From Eledone cirrhosa (Eukaryota), in the NCBI GenBank assembly GCA_964016885.1, contig OZ024741.1, positions 164,982,001 through 165,046,000 on the forward strand: DNA of 64,000 nt. The letters are read 5' to 3'. This document shows positions 51,399 to 64,000 of the stretch, in pieces. Both the position numbers and the translations under genes were made by a program. Numbering within the stretch: position 1 is the first letter of the stretch; each line of letters begins with the position of its first letter. Below the pieces are notes generated by a model. That model saw only the letters and a list, made by a program, of their open reading frames with translations, did not search any database and was not told the origin of the DNA.

Positions 51399-51624
51399 TT
51401 ATCCCTTTAGCATTTAAACCGGCCATATCTGGCCAGAATTTTCAAATTTCTTTCTGTTCAAACCGGCCGTAACCAGCTACTCGTACTTATGTTAAGGTAT
51501 TGTTCTAAAAATAAATAATATCAACACTGCATAGAATCAATATGTGAGATAATTATGTGAGATAAAGTGTTTACCGTGAAAATACAATAGTGAATATAGA
51601 GTAATGTAAATGTTAAAGGGTCAT
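51399..51624 (-). mobile_element. piggyBac-type MITE family 1, reverse orientation
   Basis: Reverse complement of 648-863. Confidence 0.8.
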
Positions 51625-51980
51625 TCAAAATTACCACTCTCCTAGACAGATAAAAAGATCATGCCCCACTTGAAACCACTCTACTTTTGGAATGATTTCT
51701 GCTGCAAAAATGTAATGGTGTGTGTGTGTCCATGTGCACCAAGCAGTGATGTTTGTTTATGTTCTGCATACACAATATGTCTAACTATATAGGACATTAA
51801 CGGAGGTCAAAAGTATATAGCTTACTTAAAATTAGAGGATATGTTGATGTTAGTAAGGGCACCCAGCTCATGAAAAACTACTTAACCTTGTTCTTTATCC
51901 TTATAGTAATAAATATATATATATATGATAAATAAATATATATATATATAATAAATATATATATATGACAAATAAATATA

Positions 51981-52882
51981 TATAGCAGTGGTACCCGGCG
52001 TTGCATGGGATAAGGTATTTTGGAACGTGGGCCGCCAACAGACCTAATCGTGGAAAAACTGCATGCCTGGACAATATGTAAAGAAAATAAACTGAATACT
52101 CTGATGGCTGGATAATCTTTAAGATTTTCCTCGATGAAGCAGGAAAAATGCAGGTTTTCACCTAATGCGGGCCCTAGGGGATCAAGAAAATGAATTTTTT
52201 TATATGCATAATATGCCTTGAAATTTCTGGAAAATCGGCTAGACGTAACGCCCCAAAAAAGCCCTAAAAAGCTGAAAAAATGAAGTTTTTCACCTAATGC
52301 GGGCCCTAAGCCATAAAAAAGTTGGATTTTCTTTGCTTACTGTGTGAAGAGACTGACTAATACATAGTTACAATTTCAAGGAAATCAGTCTGACGTAACG
52401 ACTCAAAAAGCCCTAAAAACCTGAAAAAACACAGTTTTTCAACTAATGCGGGCCCTAGGGATCAAAAAGTTGAATTTTTTATGGGCATTGAAACATAAGT
52501 AATACACATGTAAAGTTTGAAAAAAGTCGGTTGGGTACTTCTCGAGTTTTAAGGGTTCAAACTCACAGACACACACACACACAGACATCCTCAGGGAAAT
52601 GACGTAATGCAGACAGTCAGACATACAGACAGATATTATAAGGGCGCGACGTTATATGTATATATCTATCTAAAAAGAGAAAGACTAAGAATTATAGAGA
52701 GAGAGATCGCTAAATCGCCTAATGCGGTCCCTAGGTCATTGAAAATTTGAATTGTTTTTTGCTCAGAACACTCCCTGAAACATAAGTATTACATGTGTAA
52801 AGTTTGAAAACAGTCGGTTGTGTGGTTCTCGAGTTTTAGGGATTCAAACTCACACACACACACATCCTCAGTTTATATATAT
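51981..52882 (-). mobile_element. Non-autonomous Helitron-like element
   Basis: On the minus strand it begins TATATATAAACTGAGGATGTGTGTG and ends with hairpin CCCATGCAACGCCGGG followed by CTATA (CTAG-like). Four internal repeats of CTAATGCGG(G/T)CCCTA; no TIRs. Confidence 0.7.
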
Positions 52883-52914
52883 AAATATATATAAATATAT
52901 ATAATGAATATATA

Positions 52915-53139
52915 TATCGACAGTCGATCGACTTTTGTCAAATCGGACCAAGGAAACAATGTTTCCGTTGGTCCTTCCAATTGCTAATACTATCTATCAG
53001 TCGCAACTCCAGGCAGAAGGAGCAACATGAACTAAAGTGTCTTGCTGAAGGACATAACACATCGCCCGTCCAGGAATTAAACTCACAACCTTACGATTGC
53101 GAATCAAATTCTCTAACCACTCAGCCAAGCACCTTCACT
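52915..53139 (-). mobile_element. tRNA + CORE-like SINE family C (distinct tail)
   Basis: Same head and CORE as family B but tail ...GGAAACATTGTTTCC...GATCGACTGTCGATATA. Copies at 49855-50047, 44652-44876 and 31635-31841. Confidence 0.82.
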
Positions 53140-53357
53140 AATATATATATATATATGATAAATATATATATATATAAATAAAGGACCCTTTAACATCTAC
53201 AACTTCACATTTTCCTCATTCTAATTACACTCCATCATTCTTTTTTTGAAGTACCATGACGTTGAGTGCTTTAATTGAATTGCATCTGTCTACAGTATAT
53301 ATGTGTACGTGTGTATGTGTATGTGTGTATATATATATACACAAATGTGCATATATA

Positions 53358-53394
<37 letters not shown>

Positions 53395-54060
53395 TCAGTC
53401 ACACATGCATATAGACACACTTAAATTTTACAGTGGGGGAAGGGGCTTCCATTACATAATTGGAGCTCCCTCCTCCATTCAACGGAGACAATGAGCCTTC
53501 CACATCAAAGCTGAAATACCCGACATATTGTTCCATATTTACATTGAACAACTGAGAGGAGAGAATGAAGCTATGCCTTCCATCTACTAAATTAATCAGA
53601 GAGAGAGGAACTGTTGTGCTTTGGTAAGTTTCCAATCAATTAGGATGCCAATTCAAAAAAAAAAAAAAAAAAAAAAAGGAAAAAGGAAAAGAAACCACGA
53701 CCTCCAATTACTTTATTTCGCTTTTAACTCTCTCCTCTTTTCAAATTATATTTGGAAGATTTTTTTTAAATGTTTTATTATAAAAATTCTATGACAATCG
53801 GGGAATTAGTTAATAAAAAAAACAGCAACAATAGTAAATGTTTAACTTTATGATTGGAATGTATGTGTGTGTGTCTGAGTGCATGTTTCTAGAGTCAATA
53901 ATGTGCATATGTATGCAGAATACATCATAAGCATGTTATGTTGAGTCCAAAATACTTGTGTATGTATAGCTAACTGTATTAAAACCACTTGATGTCATGT
54001 AGAATTAGTGTTGATCCTAAATAATATATACATACAAACACATTTATATATATATATTTA

Positions 54061-56016
54061 TTTATTAAAATAACAGATTAAAGTTTAAGCAAAGAATCGC
54101 TGCTTTCACCCTTAACGGGATCTTCTGAAACTAACAAAGTCAATCTGTAAACGCATGAATATTTCCCGTCTATCTACTAACGAGCATATTTTCAACGACC
54201 ATTCCACATATTACAATGAAGCTCTTGCTCGGAGTGGATTTGTCGATAGGGTAGCATATAACTAGTACGAGAATAGACCTAGAAGAAATAGATCCCGACG
54301 CATTATATGGTATAACCCACCATATAATATGGAGGTGGCCACACCATTAGCTAAGATCTTTCTATCCCTTATTACGAAGCATTTTGCCTCTACACATAAA
54401 TATAGTAACATTTTTAATAGAAATACTATTAAAATTTCCACGACACACATAACATCACAGCTTCAAATTTAGCTTAACTACCTAGCCGTAGGAACACATG
54501 CAACCCTGTAGTTAGTACTAACTGTAATTGTAGGAATCGGGTTGATTGCCCCCTATCCGGGAAATGCCTCTCTAGTAACATTGTCTACAAATATAGGTTG
54601 AAACACCCACGTCCCGTAGGGCCTACATAGGGTTAACCACCAATAACTTCAAGCAGCGTCTTTACATGCATACCCATTCTTTTCGTTACCCTCTAAGAAG
54701 GAATATGATGTCACTTTCAGCTTATATCTGGAGTTTAAAAGACAACCACACCCAATATAAGTTACACTGGGAGATCCTAGCTAGGGCTAGATCGTATAAC
54801 GGAAATAAGAGACCATGTGACCTCTGCACCGCTGAGGCCCTGGAAATAGTCTACGCCACAGACCACATCTTAAACAAAAGATCTGAGCAATTCGACTTGT
54901 AAACATAAATTGCACAAAACTTTCCTGTATTACAGCCCCACATTATACCCTAACGGATAGTACGATCTATACACGGATATTTTACGTCTTGATGTGGTAG
55001 TTAAGTATATGTTATGTTTATACCATTACTTATTTGCATAGGTAAGTATATATTACCTGTATGTTTTGTGAAGGTACGTATACTTTCTCGTACGTATATT
55101 TGATTGTTTATGTTATGGCGTATATATTATATATACTGGTACATGTGCACTTGGTTATGTGTAACGGGAGTTTTGCGTCTGTGTGAGTATGCAGGTTCGT
55201 ACGTATGTTGAGTGTGTGTATATGTGTACTTCGAGTTTTGGTTGACGTACGTCTCCGAACATTTGTGTATTTACATGTAGATATGTGTGTGCATTTGTTA
55301 TATACGTATTTATTTATTTGTATACAATCACACACACACATATTTATATGTGCGTGTATTTGTATACCTATGGCGAGTGTTTCTGCGTATGCTTGTGTAT
55401 GTACGTATTTGGATGTGTGTATATATTTATTTAATTTCAATTACCTCTGTATTTTATTTACTTTATTCTTAACTCTGAAGCGGTGAATCATTCGGTTTCC
55501 TAGTTAGAATTTTAGTCTACGACTTCTGCTATACCATTTACATGGTTTTATCTTTGCGTGCAATTGTTCTCCATGCTCCACATATGACGTATTAACTTCA
55601 TTTTTTCCGTTCATTGCCAGAGAACGTCTCTATGAACCATCTAAGAGAATATTAGTCTACGACTTCTTTTATACCATAAACGTGGTTCTGTCTTTGCGTA
55701 TAATTGTTTTTCACTGTTCCAAATAATGTCGTATTATATTCGTTTTTTCCCGTTCTTTGCCAGGGAACGTTTCCACGAACCAAAGTATCGTCTTCCTGTC
55801 TTCCTCCGGTTGCAACGTTTTTTGAAATATTCACTTCTGCGTTTAAAGATTAACTTTGTTAGTTTCAGAAGATCCCATTAAGGGTGAAAGCAGCGATTCT
55901 TTGCTTAAACTTTAATCTGTTATTTTAATAAATATTTGCTCTACGGTTCTTATATTTGATATATATTTATCCTTATCGAGCCCTCTTTGGATTTTAGTCT
56001 TCAAATTTATTATTAT

Positions 56017-56018
<2 letters not shown>
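54061..56018 (+). mobile_element. Penelope-like element (second family), 5'-truncated, with inverted partial pLTR
   Basis: RSRRIIWYNPPY...KHF...IFNRNTIKIS, CPLSGKCLSSNIVYK...YIGLTTNNFKQR...CDLCTAE...LNKRSE (GIY-YIG, frameshifted). Inverted repeats at 54061-54165 and 55824-55932; 140-bp tandem duplication at 55512-55781. Confidence 0.92.
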
Positions 56019-56062
<44 letters not shown>

Positions 56063-56068
56063 AAACAC

Positions 56069-56118
<50 letters not shown>

Positions 56119-56285
56119 CAAGGAGACAAAAAACAGGTACAAAAAGTATTATTAGTTTCATGCTTTATATGGAAAAGGGGAAAGTTCAACGTGTTAGACT
56201 TTAGCCCTTCTTCAGGAATACAAAATTAGAGAAAGACACAAAGGGGATATAGAAATAAAGATACCCCAAGTATATATATATATAT

Positions 56286-56338
<53 letters not shown>

Positions 56339-56767
56339 ACTGATGGGAGGCCTGTCCTCTTGCAGAGAGATAACGATGGTGTAGTTTGATGTTTTTTTCC
56401 TTCATGATCTGAGAGGTGGAATTTGAATTCAGAATGCTAAGAACTAAGAGATTTACTTGCAAGTAACATCCACTGTTCTACCAATTCCAGTGATACACTG
56501 CCACCTTGTACTGTAGATTATTTACTAACATTGAGAGAATAAAAGACAAATTAATCTTAATGGATTTTAAACTCATATCACAGTCATATTAAAGATCACA
56601 AGGTATTGTGTGATGCCCTGATAACTGCATCAATTCTTAACTTATTACATATGCGCATGTGTGTGTGCATGTTATATATATATGTGTGTATGTGTGGTGA
56701 GTGTGTGTACATATATATATATTATGTGTTTATGTGTGTATATTTATATATATGTGTGTGTGTGTGT

Positions 56768-56813
<46 letters not shown>

Positions 56814-57199
56814 ATTTGTGTGTGTGTGTATACACACATGTTTGTATATATACATATTCATTTCTTTTTTTCATTCATCATTTGATGACCATTTTTCCTG
56901 CTAGCAAGGGTTAGACTATACGTTTAATATTTGCATGCAGTCTCCTGAATGAGGATATTGTGTTTCACTACATGTCACGAGATTTTACATAACTGGCAGC
57001 TCCATTATTGGAAGAGAAGAAAAATACAAATACATCTTCAGATAAGTTGAATTTGGAGAAAGTTTTCAGGAAACAGCTAATACCATAACCAAGTTCTTTA
57101 ACAGCATTTTCATAACAGAGTGGTCATCATCATCATCACACTCATCACTTAACATGTGTTTTCACTACTAGCAAGAATTGGATGAGTCATCAAACAGGG

Positions 57200-57680
57200 T
57201 CAGTAGTACTCCAGCAAAGCTACTGACCATTCTGATGGCTAGGAGAGTGGAGCATATCTCTTCTACACACATTTCCACACCAAAACTAGAGTGGATGTAA
57301 TGTTTTTGATATAGCCGAAGAGTCCTTAGTCGTATTCCAGCAAAGGTACTGACCATTCAGATGGGTGGGAGAATGGGGCACATTTCTTCCACACATATTC
57401 CCACACCAGAACTCGGGCTGTTGTAATGCTTTTGACATAGTCGAAGAGTCCTCAGTAATACTCCAGCAAAGCCACTGATCCTCCAGATAAGCTGGGGGAG
57501 GGTCTCTTCCACACCAGAACTAGGGAGGTTGTAATGTCTTTGAGATAGAGTCCTTAGTAGTATTCCAGCAAAGCTACTGACCATTCAGATGGGTGAGAGA
57601 ATGGGGCATATCTTTTGCACACACTTTCCCACATCAGAACTAGAGAGGTTGAATGTCTTTGAGATAGCCAAAGAGTCCTT
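57200..57680. repeat. Tandem repeat, about 126-bp unit x4, inside an RTE-tail SINE
   Basis: AGTA.TCCAGCAAAGCTACTGACCATTC...AGAGTCCTT repeated four times; the third unit is shorter. Confidence 0.85.
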
Positions 57681-58808
57681 CAAAGGTTTTCTACAGCTGG
57701 ATGCCCTTCCTATTACCAACCACTATTACTGTCATCATCAATATTTTACATGTAAGTCTCCATGCTAGGAAGGCTTAGGCAGATCGTTAAAGACAAAGTG
57801 AAACAACCAGTCAAAAGAAGAATGATGATTTTGGTCTCAACATATTATATATCAACAGAGTTCAAATGAAGCTGACAGTATCACAGTGTGACTGATTCTA
57901 AGGAGAAGAGATATGTGTATGTGTGTGTGTATACGTGTACATGTACATGTACATGTATGTGTGTGTGTATGTAGATGTGTGTGTATGTACATGTGTGGTG
58001 TGGGTGTACAGTAAGATTAATCTATTCCACACCTCACAACTTTCAGTGCACACTGTATCATTAAGTCATTAACCCATCATTATTATATCTCTTCTTTCAA
58101 TGCTTCAACACCCCAATTATCTTTGACATTTTGTGTATGTATTTAAATATGTATGTATATACAAATATGTAAATAAATATATGTGCACACACACACACAT
58201 ATATATATATATATTTACGTACATACATGCATATACATATATATATATACAAATGCACATAACATCTTACATATAATCATACGTACACACATGCCTACAC
58301 ACATTATTAAACCTCTCAAGTCAATAAAGTTTTGACACAGACTTCAAGATATTTTGTTTAAAAAAACTAATCCTTTTCCAATCAGATTACTGGTGATTAG
58401 CTGCTGCCCAGTGGCTAGCTAAACAACAATAACAACAACAACAACAACAACTACTGATATAAGCAAAAGACCACAGACGTCAGAAGAGTGAACAATTCAA
58501 ATATATTGAGACAGTACTTGATCAGTACTTATTTCATTGATCCAGGAATGACAAACACTAAAGTTGATATTGGTGGGATTTGAAATAAAACTTAAAAGAG
58601 AAAATAAAAAAAAAATATATATAGCTGGTGATTTACTGAATTCTTTCACTGCAACACATACTACTACTACTGCTACTACTACTACTACTACTACTATTGC
58701 GAATAATAATTGTTTCTGTTCTTAGCACAAGGCCAGCAATTTGAAGGGAGGGTGGAATCGATTAAATTGATGACATTGTGTTTACTGGTAAATTATTTTA
58801 TCAACTCT

Positions 58809-59218
58809 TTAACCATTTAGCATTTACATTACTCTATATTTACTATTATATTTTCATGGTAAAAGATTTACCTTACATAATTATCTCACATAATATCAAA
58901 TCTATGAAATTTTGATATTATTTATATTGGCAGTATCGGTAGAGGGTCGGACACCATGCTTTGACGCATAGAGTTACGGCCCTTGCCATTCTGAGTTCAA
59001 ATCCTGCCGAGGTTAACTTTGCCTTTCATCCTGACGGGGTCGATAAAATAAAGTACCAGTAATACACTGGGTAATTGCTGGCCTTGTGCCAAAAGTAGAA
59101 ACAATTATTTATTTTGAGAACAATACCTTAACAGTAGTATGAGTGGCCAGTTACAGCCAGTTTGAACAGAAAGAGGTTAGAGAATTCTGGCTAGATACAG
59201 CCGGTTTAAATGGGTTAA
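58809..59218 (+). mobile_element. piggyBac MITE family 1 containing a young family A SINE (58926-59105), itself inside an older SINE (58703-59325)
   Basis: TTAA at both ends; the interrupted halves rejoin colinearly at both nesting levels. Confidence 0.88.
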
Positions 59219-60044
59219 CGATGAAAGGGAAAGTTAACCTCGGCAAGATTTGAACTCAGAACGTAACGACATAGCTATATGCCGTGAGGCATGTTATCTG
59301 ACACCCAACTGAGTCGGCTACTGCACTGCACTCAATAATGGTTTTTTGACTTAGGTACAAAGCCAACACTTTTGGGGAGGGGAAAGTCAATTAAATCTGG
59401 TACTCAATTTTATTGACCCCGCAAGGATGAAAGACAAAGCTAACCTTGGCAGGATTTGAACTCAGAATATAAAGGGCCATAACCATATGCCACAAAGCAT
59501 TTTGTCTGATACTCTACTGATACTGCCAATACACTTTCATAATAATGATTTCTACTATAGGCACAAGACTAGCATCCGTAAGGATGAGAGGCAAAACTAA
59601 CCTCGGCGGGATTTGAACTCAGATCATAAAGGGGCGTAACTCTATGCTACAAAAGAATGGTGTCCGACCCTCTACCGATACTGCCAATCCACCGCCAATA
59701 ATAATAATAATAATGGTTTCATTTATTGGCCACAAGGGCCGACATATAGGAAACAATGCAATAGATGGGGACAGTGGGGGTTTTACACAAAATCGAGTAA
59801 AAAATAGGAAAACAAAAAAACAATAAACAAGAACACAAGAAAAATACAATAAATGTTTGGAATGGCAATAAATATGAAAGAGTTCATTAGGAGAGTATGA
59901 AACAGTGGAATACTGAACTAGTAGCTGGCAATGAAAAGTTAGAGAATGTGATGATAAAATGTGGAGTATTCCATGGAGACAGTTTGTTACCATTGTTGTT
60001 TGTGATAGTGATGATTCCACTGACACTGATGTTGAGAAAGACAA

Positions 60045-60300
60045 AGGTGTTGTTATGAACTAAAAGAGGGAGGAGAGAAGGTCAATCACTTTCTCTTCAT
60101 GGGCAAACAAACTGTTTGCGACAAGTGAAGATCAAATATACAGCTTGGTAAATGCTGATAGGATATTTTCAGATGATATCAAGATGGAATTTGGATTGTC
60201 AAAATGTGCTGTGCTGATTATGAAGACAGGAAGAGTTGTTTGGAGAGAAAGAATTGTGATGTCAGATGGTAACGTGATTAGAAGAATGAATGAAGTGGAT
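60045..60300 (+). mobile_element. R4/Dong-like RT fragment
   Basis: KVNHFLFM(frameshift)KLFATSEDQIYSLV...FSDDIKMEFGLSKCAVL. Confidence 0.8.
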
Positions 60301-60357
60301 TGCTGGCACTAGTATTACATCACCAGCAACTAATACTATTATTCAACAAGTGGAGTA

Positions 60358-60838
60358 AGAATAGTTTCTTATTTAGGCACAAGGCCAACAATTTTGGAGT
60401 AAGGGAAAGTAGATTAAATCAACCCCAGTGCATTACTGGTACTTTATTTTATCAACACCGTAAATAATTGTTTCTACTTTAGGCACAAGGCCAGCAATCA
60501 CCCAGTGCATTACTGGTACTTTATTTTATCGACCCCGTAAGGATGAAAGGCAGAGTCAACCTCGGCGGGATTTGAACTCAGATCTTAAAGGGACGTAACT
60601 ATGCTGGAAAGCATGGCGTCCGACTCTCTACCGATACTGCCAATCCACCGCCTTTTTACACCGTAAATAATGAAAGGCAAAGTTAACCACAGCGGAATTT
60701 GAACTCAGACCGTAAAGGGCTGAGTTCAAATCCCGCCGAGGTTAACTTTGCCTTTCATCCGTACGGGGTCGATAAAATAAAGTACCAGTAATACACTGTG
60801 ATAATTGCTGGCCTTGTGCCAAAAGTAGAAGCAATTAT
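60358..60838. mobile_element. Nested and inverted family A SINE cluster
   Basis: A minus-strand host SINE is split by a young SINE (60464-60652; TSD ACACCGTAAATAAT) and fused head-to-head with a plus-strand copy at 60720-60838. Confidence 0.88.
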
Positions 60839-61612
60839 TGTGTTTGGAACATGACCTAACAATGGTTCTAACAACATTTTTAGATATGAGAGTTAGTTAT
60901 ATTACTAAATCACTCCAAACTCTTGATTATTTTTTCAAAATTATTTGAAAATCATAGGCAGTATGTATTTCCCTAAACACCTTCCACTATAATATTTGTC
61001 AGAAGATTTATTAAGTTATGTTTCAAAAACCAGCTTAATTATAAAAAAGTTAGCTATATTAATAAATCCCTCAAAATCCTTGATTATTTTCAAAATTATT
61101 TGAAAATTGTAAGCAATGTTATTAATAAGAAATACAGTAAGGAAAGGGGTAAGAAATAAGTTGAATATCTAAAGACACAAATAATGGCTAAATTTTCAGC
61201 AAATAAAACCAGCAGAATCACAAACACGACGGCAGTGTTCTAATTCCTTTCTTCTAGCTCCCATTAGCACACTCTTCTTACCTCACATCTATCCTTCTCA
61301 CTCCATCTCTTCCCCCTCCTTTCTTGCTTAGATAACACTGCCCTGAACCACATGCAACTACAACAATTTCACAACTTACTATACAAAGAAGAACATTATA
61401 AATAATAAAGGATGTTATCATTAAGTTACAAGAGACAAAATGCTAAGATCAATATATAAACCATTTCTTTTTCAAAAAAAATCACCAGGAAATGTTTATA
61501 AATAAAGTGACAGAGGATTTTTGAGATGAGAAGAATTGGGAAAATATTGGTTCGTTATTCAGTGAGATTTCAGAATGATGATTTATTAATGAGAATATTA
61601 CAGATGACAGAG

Positions 61613-61670
<58 letters not shown>

Positions 61671-62125
61671 GATGACAGATATAATAGAGTAAGAACGGAG
61701 AAACAATTAGATAAACCAGTTTATGATGTCAAAGAAAAGAGTTGTTATTATATTATGGCATATCCCAGTGTCATAATCTCGGATATTTTTCTATTCAAAT
61801 ATTACATTATGATATCTTTTCCTGTCACAATCATACAGATATTGTGTTTTGATTTTTCTTCCCACCTAGACATTTTTAATCCACAGCTGCAACTATGCTA
61901 TGTTTTAAGGCTTACAATCCACTCTAGCCAAGTACAAGTTAGATAGGGGTGTCTCTACAGTCAGGTGATAAGCTTTGGCCATAAACACCTAGAACTCAGA
62001 ATACAAAGAACTGGAATAGATACTGTAAGACATCTGCCAATCCACTACACTGAGCAAGTGGTTTATTTATTGACACCAAATAGATGAATGGTAAAGTTGA
62101 TGCCAACAGGATTTAAATGCAGAGT

Positions 62126-62566
62126 CAAGGCCAGATTTAATGGCGGTGCAAAGGGGGCAATTATCCTGGGCCCCCCACAGCTTGGTAAATGACAACTGTA
62201 GAAATTTCTTTGTGCTTTCTGCTAGGCTTTTTAGTTTTATCCCTTTGACAGCAAAAATTATGTTTAACAAAAACATCAGATTGTTATCAGAACAATAGTC
62301 TAATAAAAAGTATTTGCTGGTATCGCAAAAGTAATGCACCTAGTAAACACTCTAAAGTGGTTATGTTAAGAAGGGCATCCAACTATAGAAACCATGAGTA
62401 ATATGTAATGTATGAGCAAAATGAGGTCATTCCAATATGTCTGGTCTCAGACTGTGGTAACTCGTCCAACACATGCCAATGATGAAAGTGGATGTAATTC
62501 TTTTTGTGTATGAGGGATTCCAAAACCTGAAGTGTCCCAGGCTCCTGAGGTCTAAATCCAGCCCTG
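62126..62566. mobile_element. hAT-type MITE with a nested RTE-tail SINE, inserted in an old family A SINE
   Basis: CAAGGCCAGATTTA ... TAAATCCAGCCCTG TIRs; 8-bp flanks TGCAGAGT and CTCAGAGT. Confidence 0.7.
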
Positions 62567-63805
62567 CTCAGAGTGCAAAGAATCAGAATAAATACAAGAC
62601 ATTCTATCCAATGCTCTCATGACTGTGCCAATTTGTCATCTTCACACAAATATTTCTTTCTATATATATTATGATCCATTTGTGACATAATCTCATAGAC
62701 GTTCATCTTTTCGAATTCATATTTTAAGTACTTCGAATTTAAATATTACTATGGTTAACTTTGCTTTTTATCCTTTTGGGGTTGGTAAAATAAAGTACCA
62801 GTCCAAGGTGGTGGACTGGAAAGAATGTTAGAGCATCATGTGACATACATTGCAGTACTGTTCTGGCACTTTATGTCTCAAGTTGAAAATATTACTGTGA
62901 CTATTTGGGTGGTAGAATTAATCCATTATACAGGTTAACACCCTTTAGATGCCTTTAGCAATCTCTATTCTATTACAAGTATTTTGACCAGGTCTCCAAT
63001 TTTAGGATACCCTTAGCCCCCCCCCCCCCCACCAGTCATAGAGACACTGAAAAGGGTCATAGGATGAGCATTGTCTTTGCTTCCCTGGCCAATCATTGAA
63101 AAAACATTTTCCAAAGTTAAATTGAAACTTGTTTTCCATCTCAGCTCATCAGAAAGTTACCTCTTTTCTATACGACGACTCATCCACTTATGATTTCAAG
63201 ATCAGTTAAGCCACAGTTTTTAATAATATTAGTCTGATTTATTTTAACAACAGAAGGGGAAAAAGTCATCAATTTATCGACATACTGAGATGTTTTAACA
63301 CATCCAGACTTACTTCATCAATAGACTGCAGCAAAAACATTTCAGGCTTAGATCAAAGTAATATCATTTCTCTTTTGAAAACAAACTTGGCTGATTGTTG
63401 ACTTGTATACACACTGCCAACTGCCATAGACAAATATATATTCATCAGAAAAGATCTATTAGATACATGAAGGATGTGTTCATATAATTCCTATGATCCC
63501 ACAAAAGAAATAGATCAAAGCAAACAGCAGACTTTCCCTCCATTAATATTCTGCAACAAGAACCTAAGACAGTTAACAGCAAGTGTACAACAGAATGGTG
63601 TAGCATCAATATTTGCTCACAATAGCTTCCTGTGTACAAACCAATCAATAGAGAGTAGTTCTTACTTGATCTCAACACCATATTTCATTGCACGTATAAT
63701 GCAAAATAGGAAAGTAGGTACACATAAACAGTTTGTGTTTTGTATTTACAAGTAAAGTTTCAAGGAAAACTCTCAGCAGCATTATTATTATTATTATTAT
63801 TATTA

Positions 63806-64000
63806 GGGCGGTGGATTGGCAGTATCGGTAGAAGATCAGACACCATGCTTTGACACATAGAGTTACGGCCCTTGCCATTCTGAGTTCAAATCCCGCCAAG
63901 GTTAACTTTGTCTTTCATCCTTACGGGGATCGATAACATAAAGTACCAGTAATGCACTGGGTAGTTGCTGGCCTTGTGCCAAAAGTAGAAACAATTATTA
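63806..64000 (+). mobile_element. SINE family A, full length, in (ATT)n
   Basis: Same head-to-tail structure as 6544-6735. Confidence 0.92.

Noticed and set aside
53436-53494. GFHYIIGAPSSIQRR resembling the Grainyhead/CP2 domain start
   Set aside because: The frame stops immediately afterwards and the similarity is too short.
63474-63755. TFPPLIFCNKN resembling the DEG/ENaC FPAVTICN motif
   Set aside because: No preceding transmembrane helix or clear splice sites. The opposite strand shows faint hAT-like traces (WFVHR-EAIVSK after a frameshift), too decayed to call.

Overview
AT-rich, microsatellite-saturated eukaryotic DNA. The repeat families point to a coleoid cephalopod (Octopus-like) intron or intergenic region; this is an inference. 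No host protein-coding gene, rRNA, true tRNA or CRISPR array can be supported, and most ORF-track entries are translations of (TA)n, (CA)n, (GA)n or (GAA)n. The window is mostly transposon remnants: RTE LINEs carrying a PHD-type finger just after the RT catalytic core, CR1 LINE ends, four RLE-type (R4/Dong/CRE-like) LINE fragments, two Penelope-like (GIY-YIG) elements with inverted pseudo-LTRs, many mini hairpin derivatives with hammerhead-like cores, three tRNA-headed SINE families, piggyBac, Tigger, mariner, hAT and Helitron derivatives, and a homogeneous 2.1-kb 48-bp minisatellite. Four signals stand out. (1) A young SINE whose target-site duplications all begin with ATTAT and whose tail matches a separate LINE-like 3' end. 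(2) A 3' module shared by RTE LINEs and a CORE-type SINE. (3) A near-canonical hammerhead ribozyme plus a recurring GAGTRCTC motif in Penelope remnants. (4) The PHD finger in RTE ORF2. Family names come from recalled motifs and were not database-checked.
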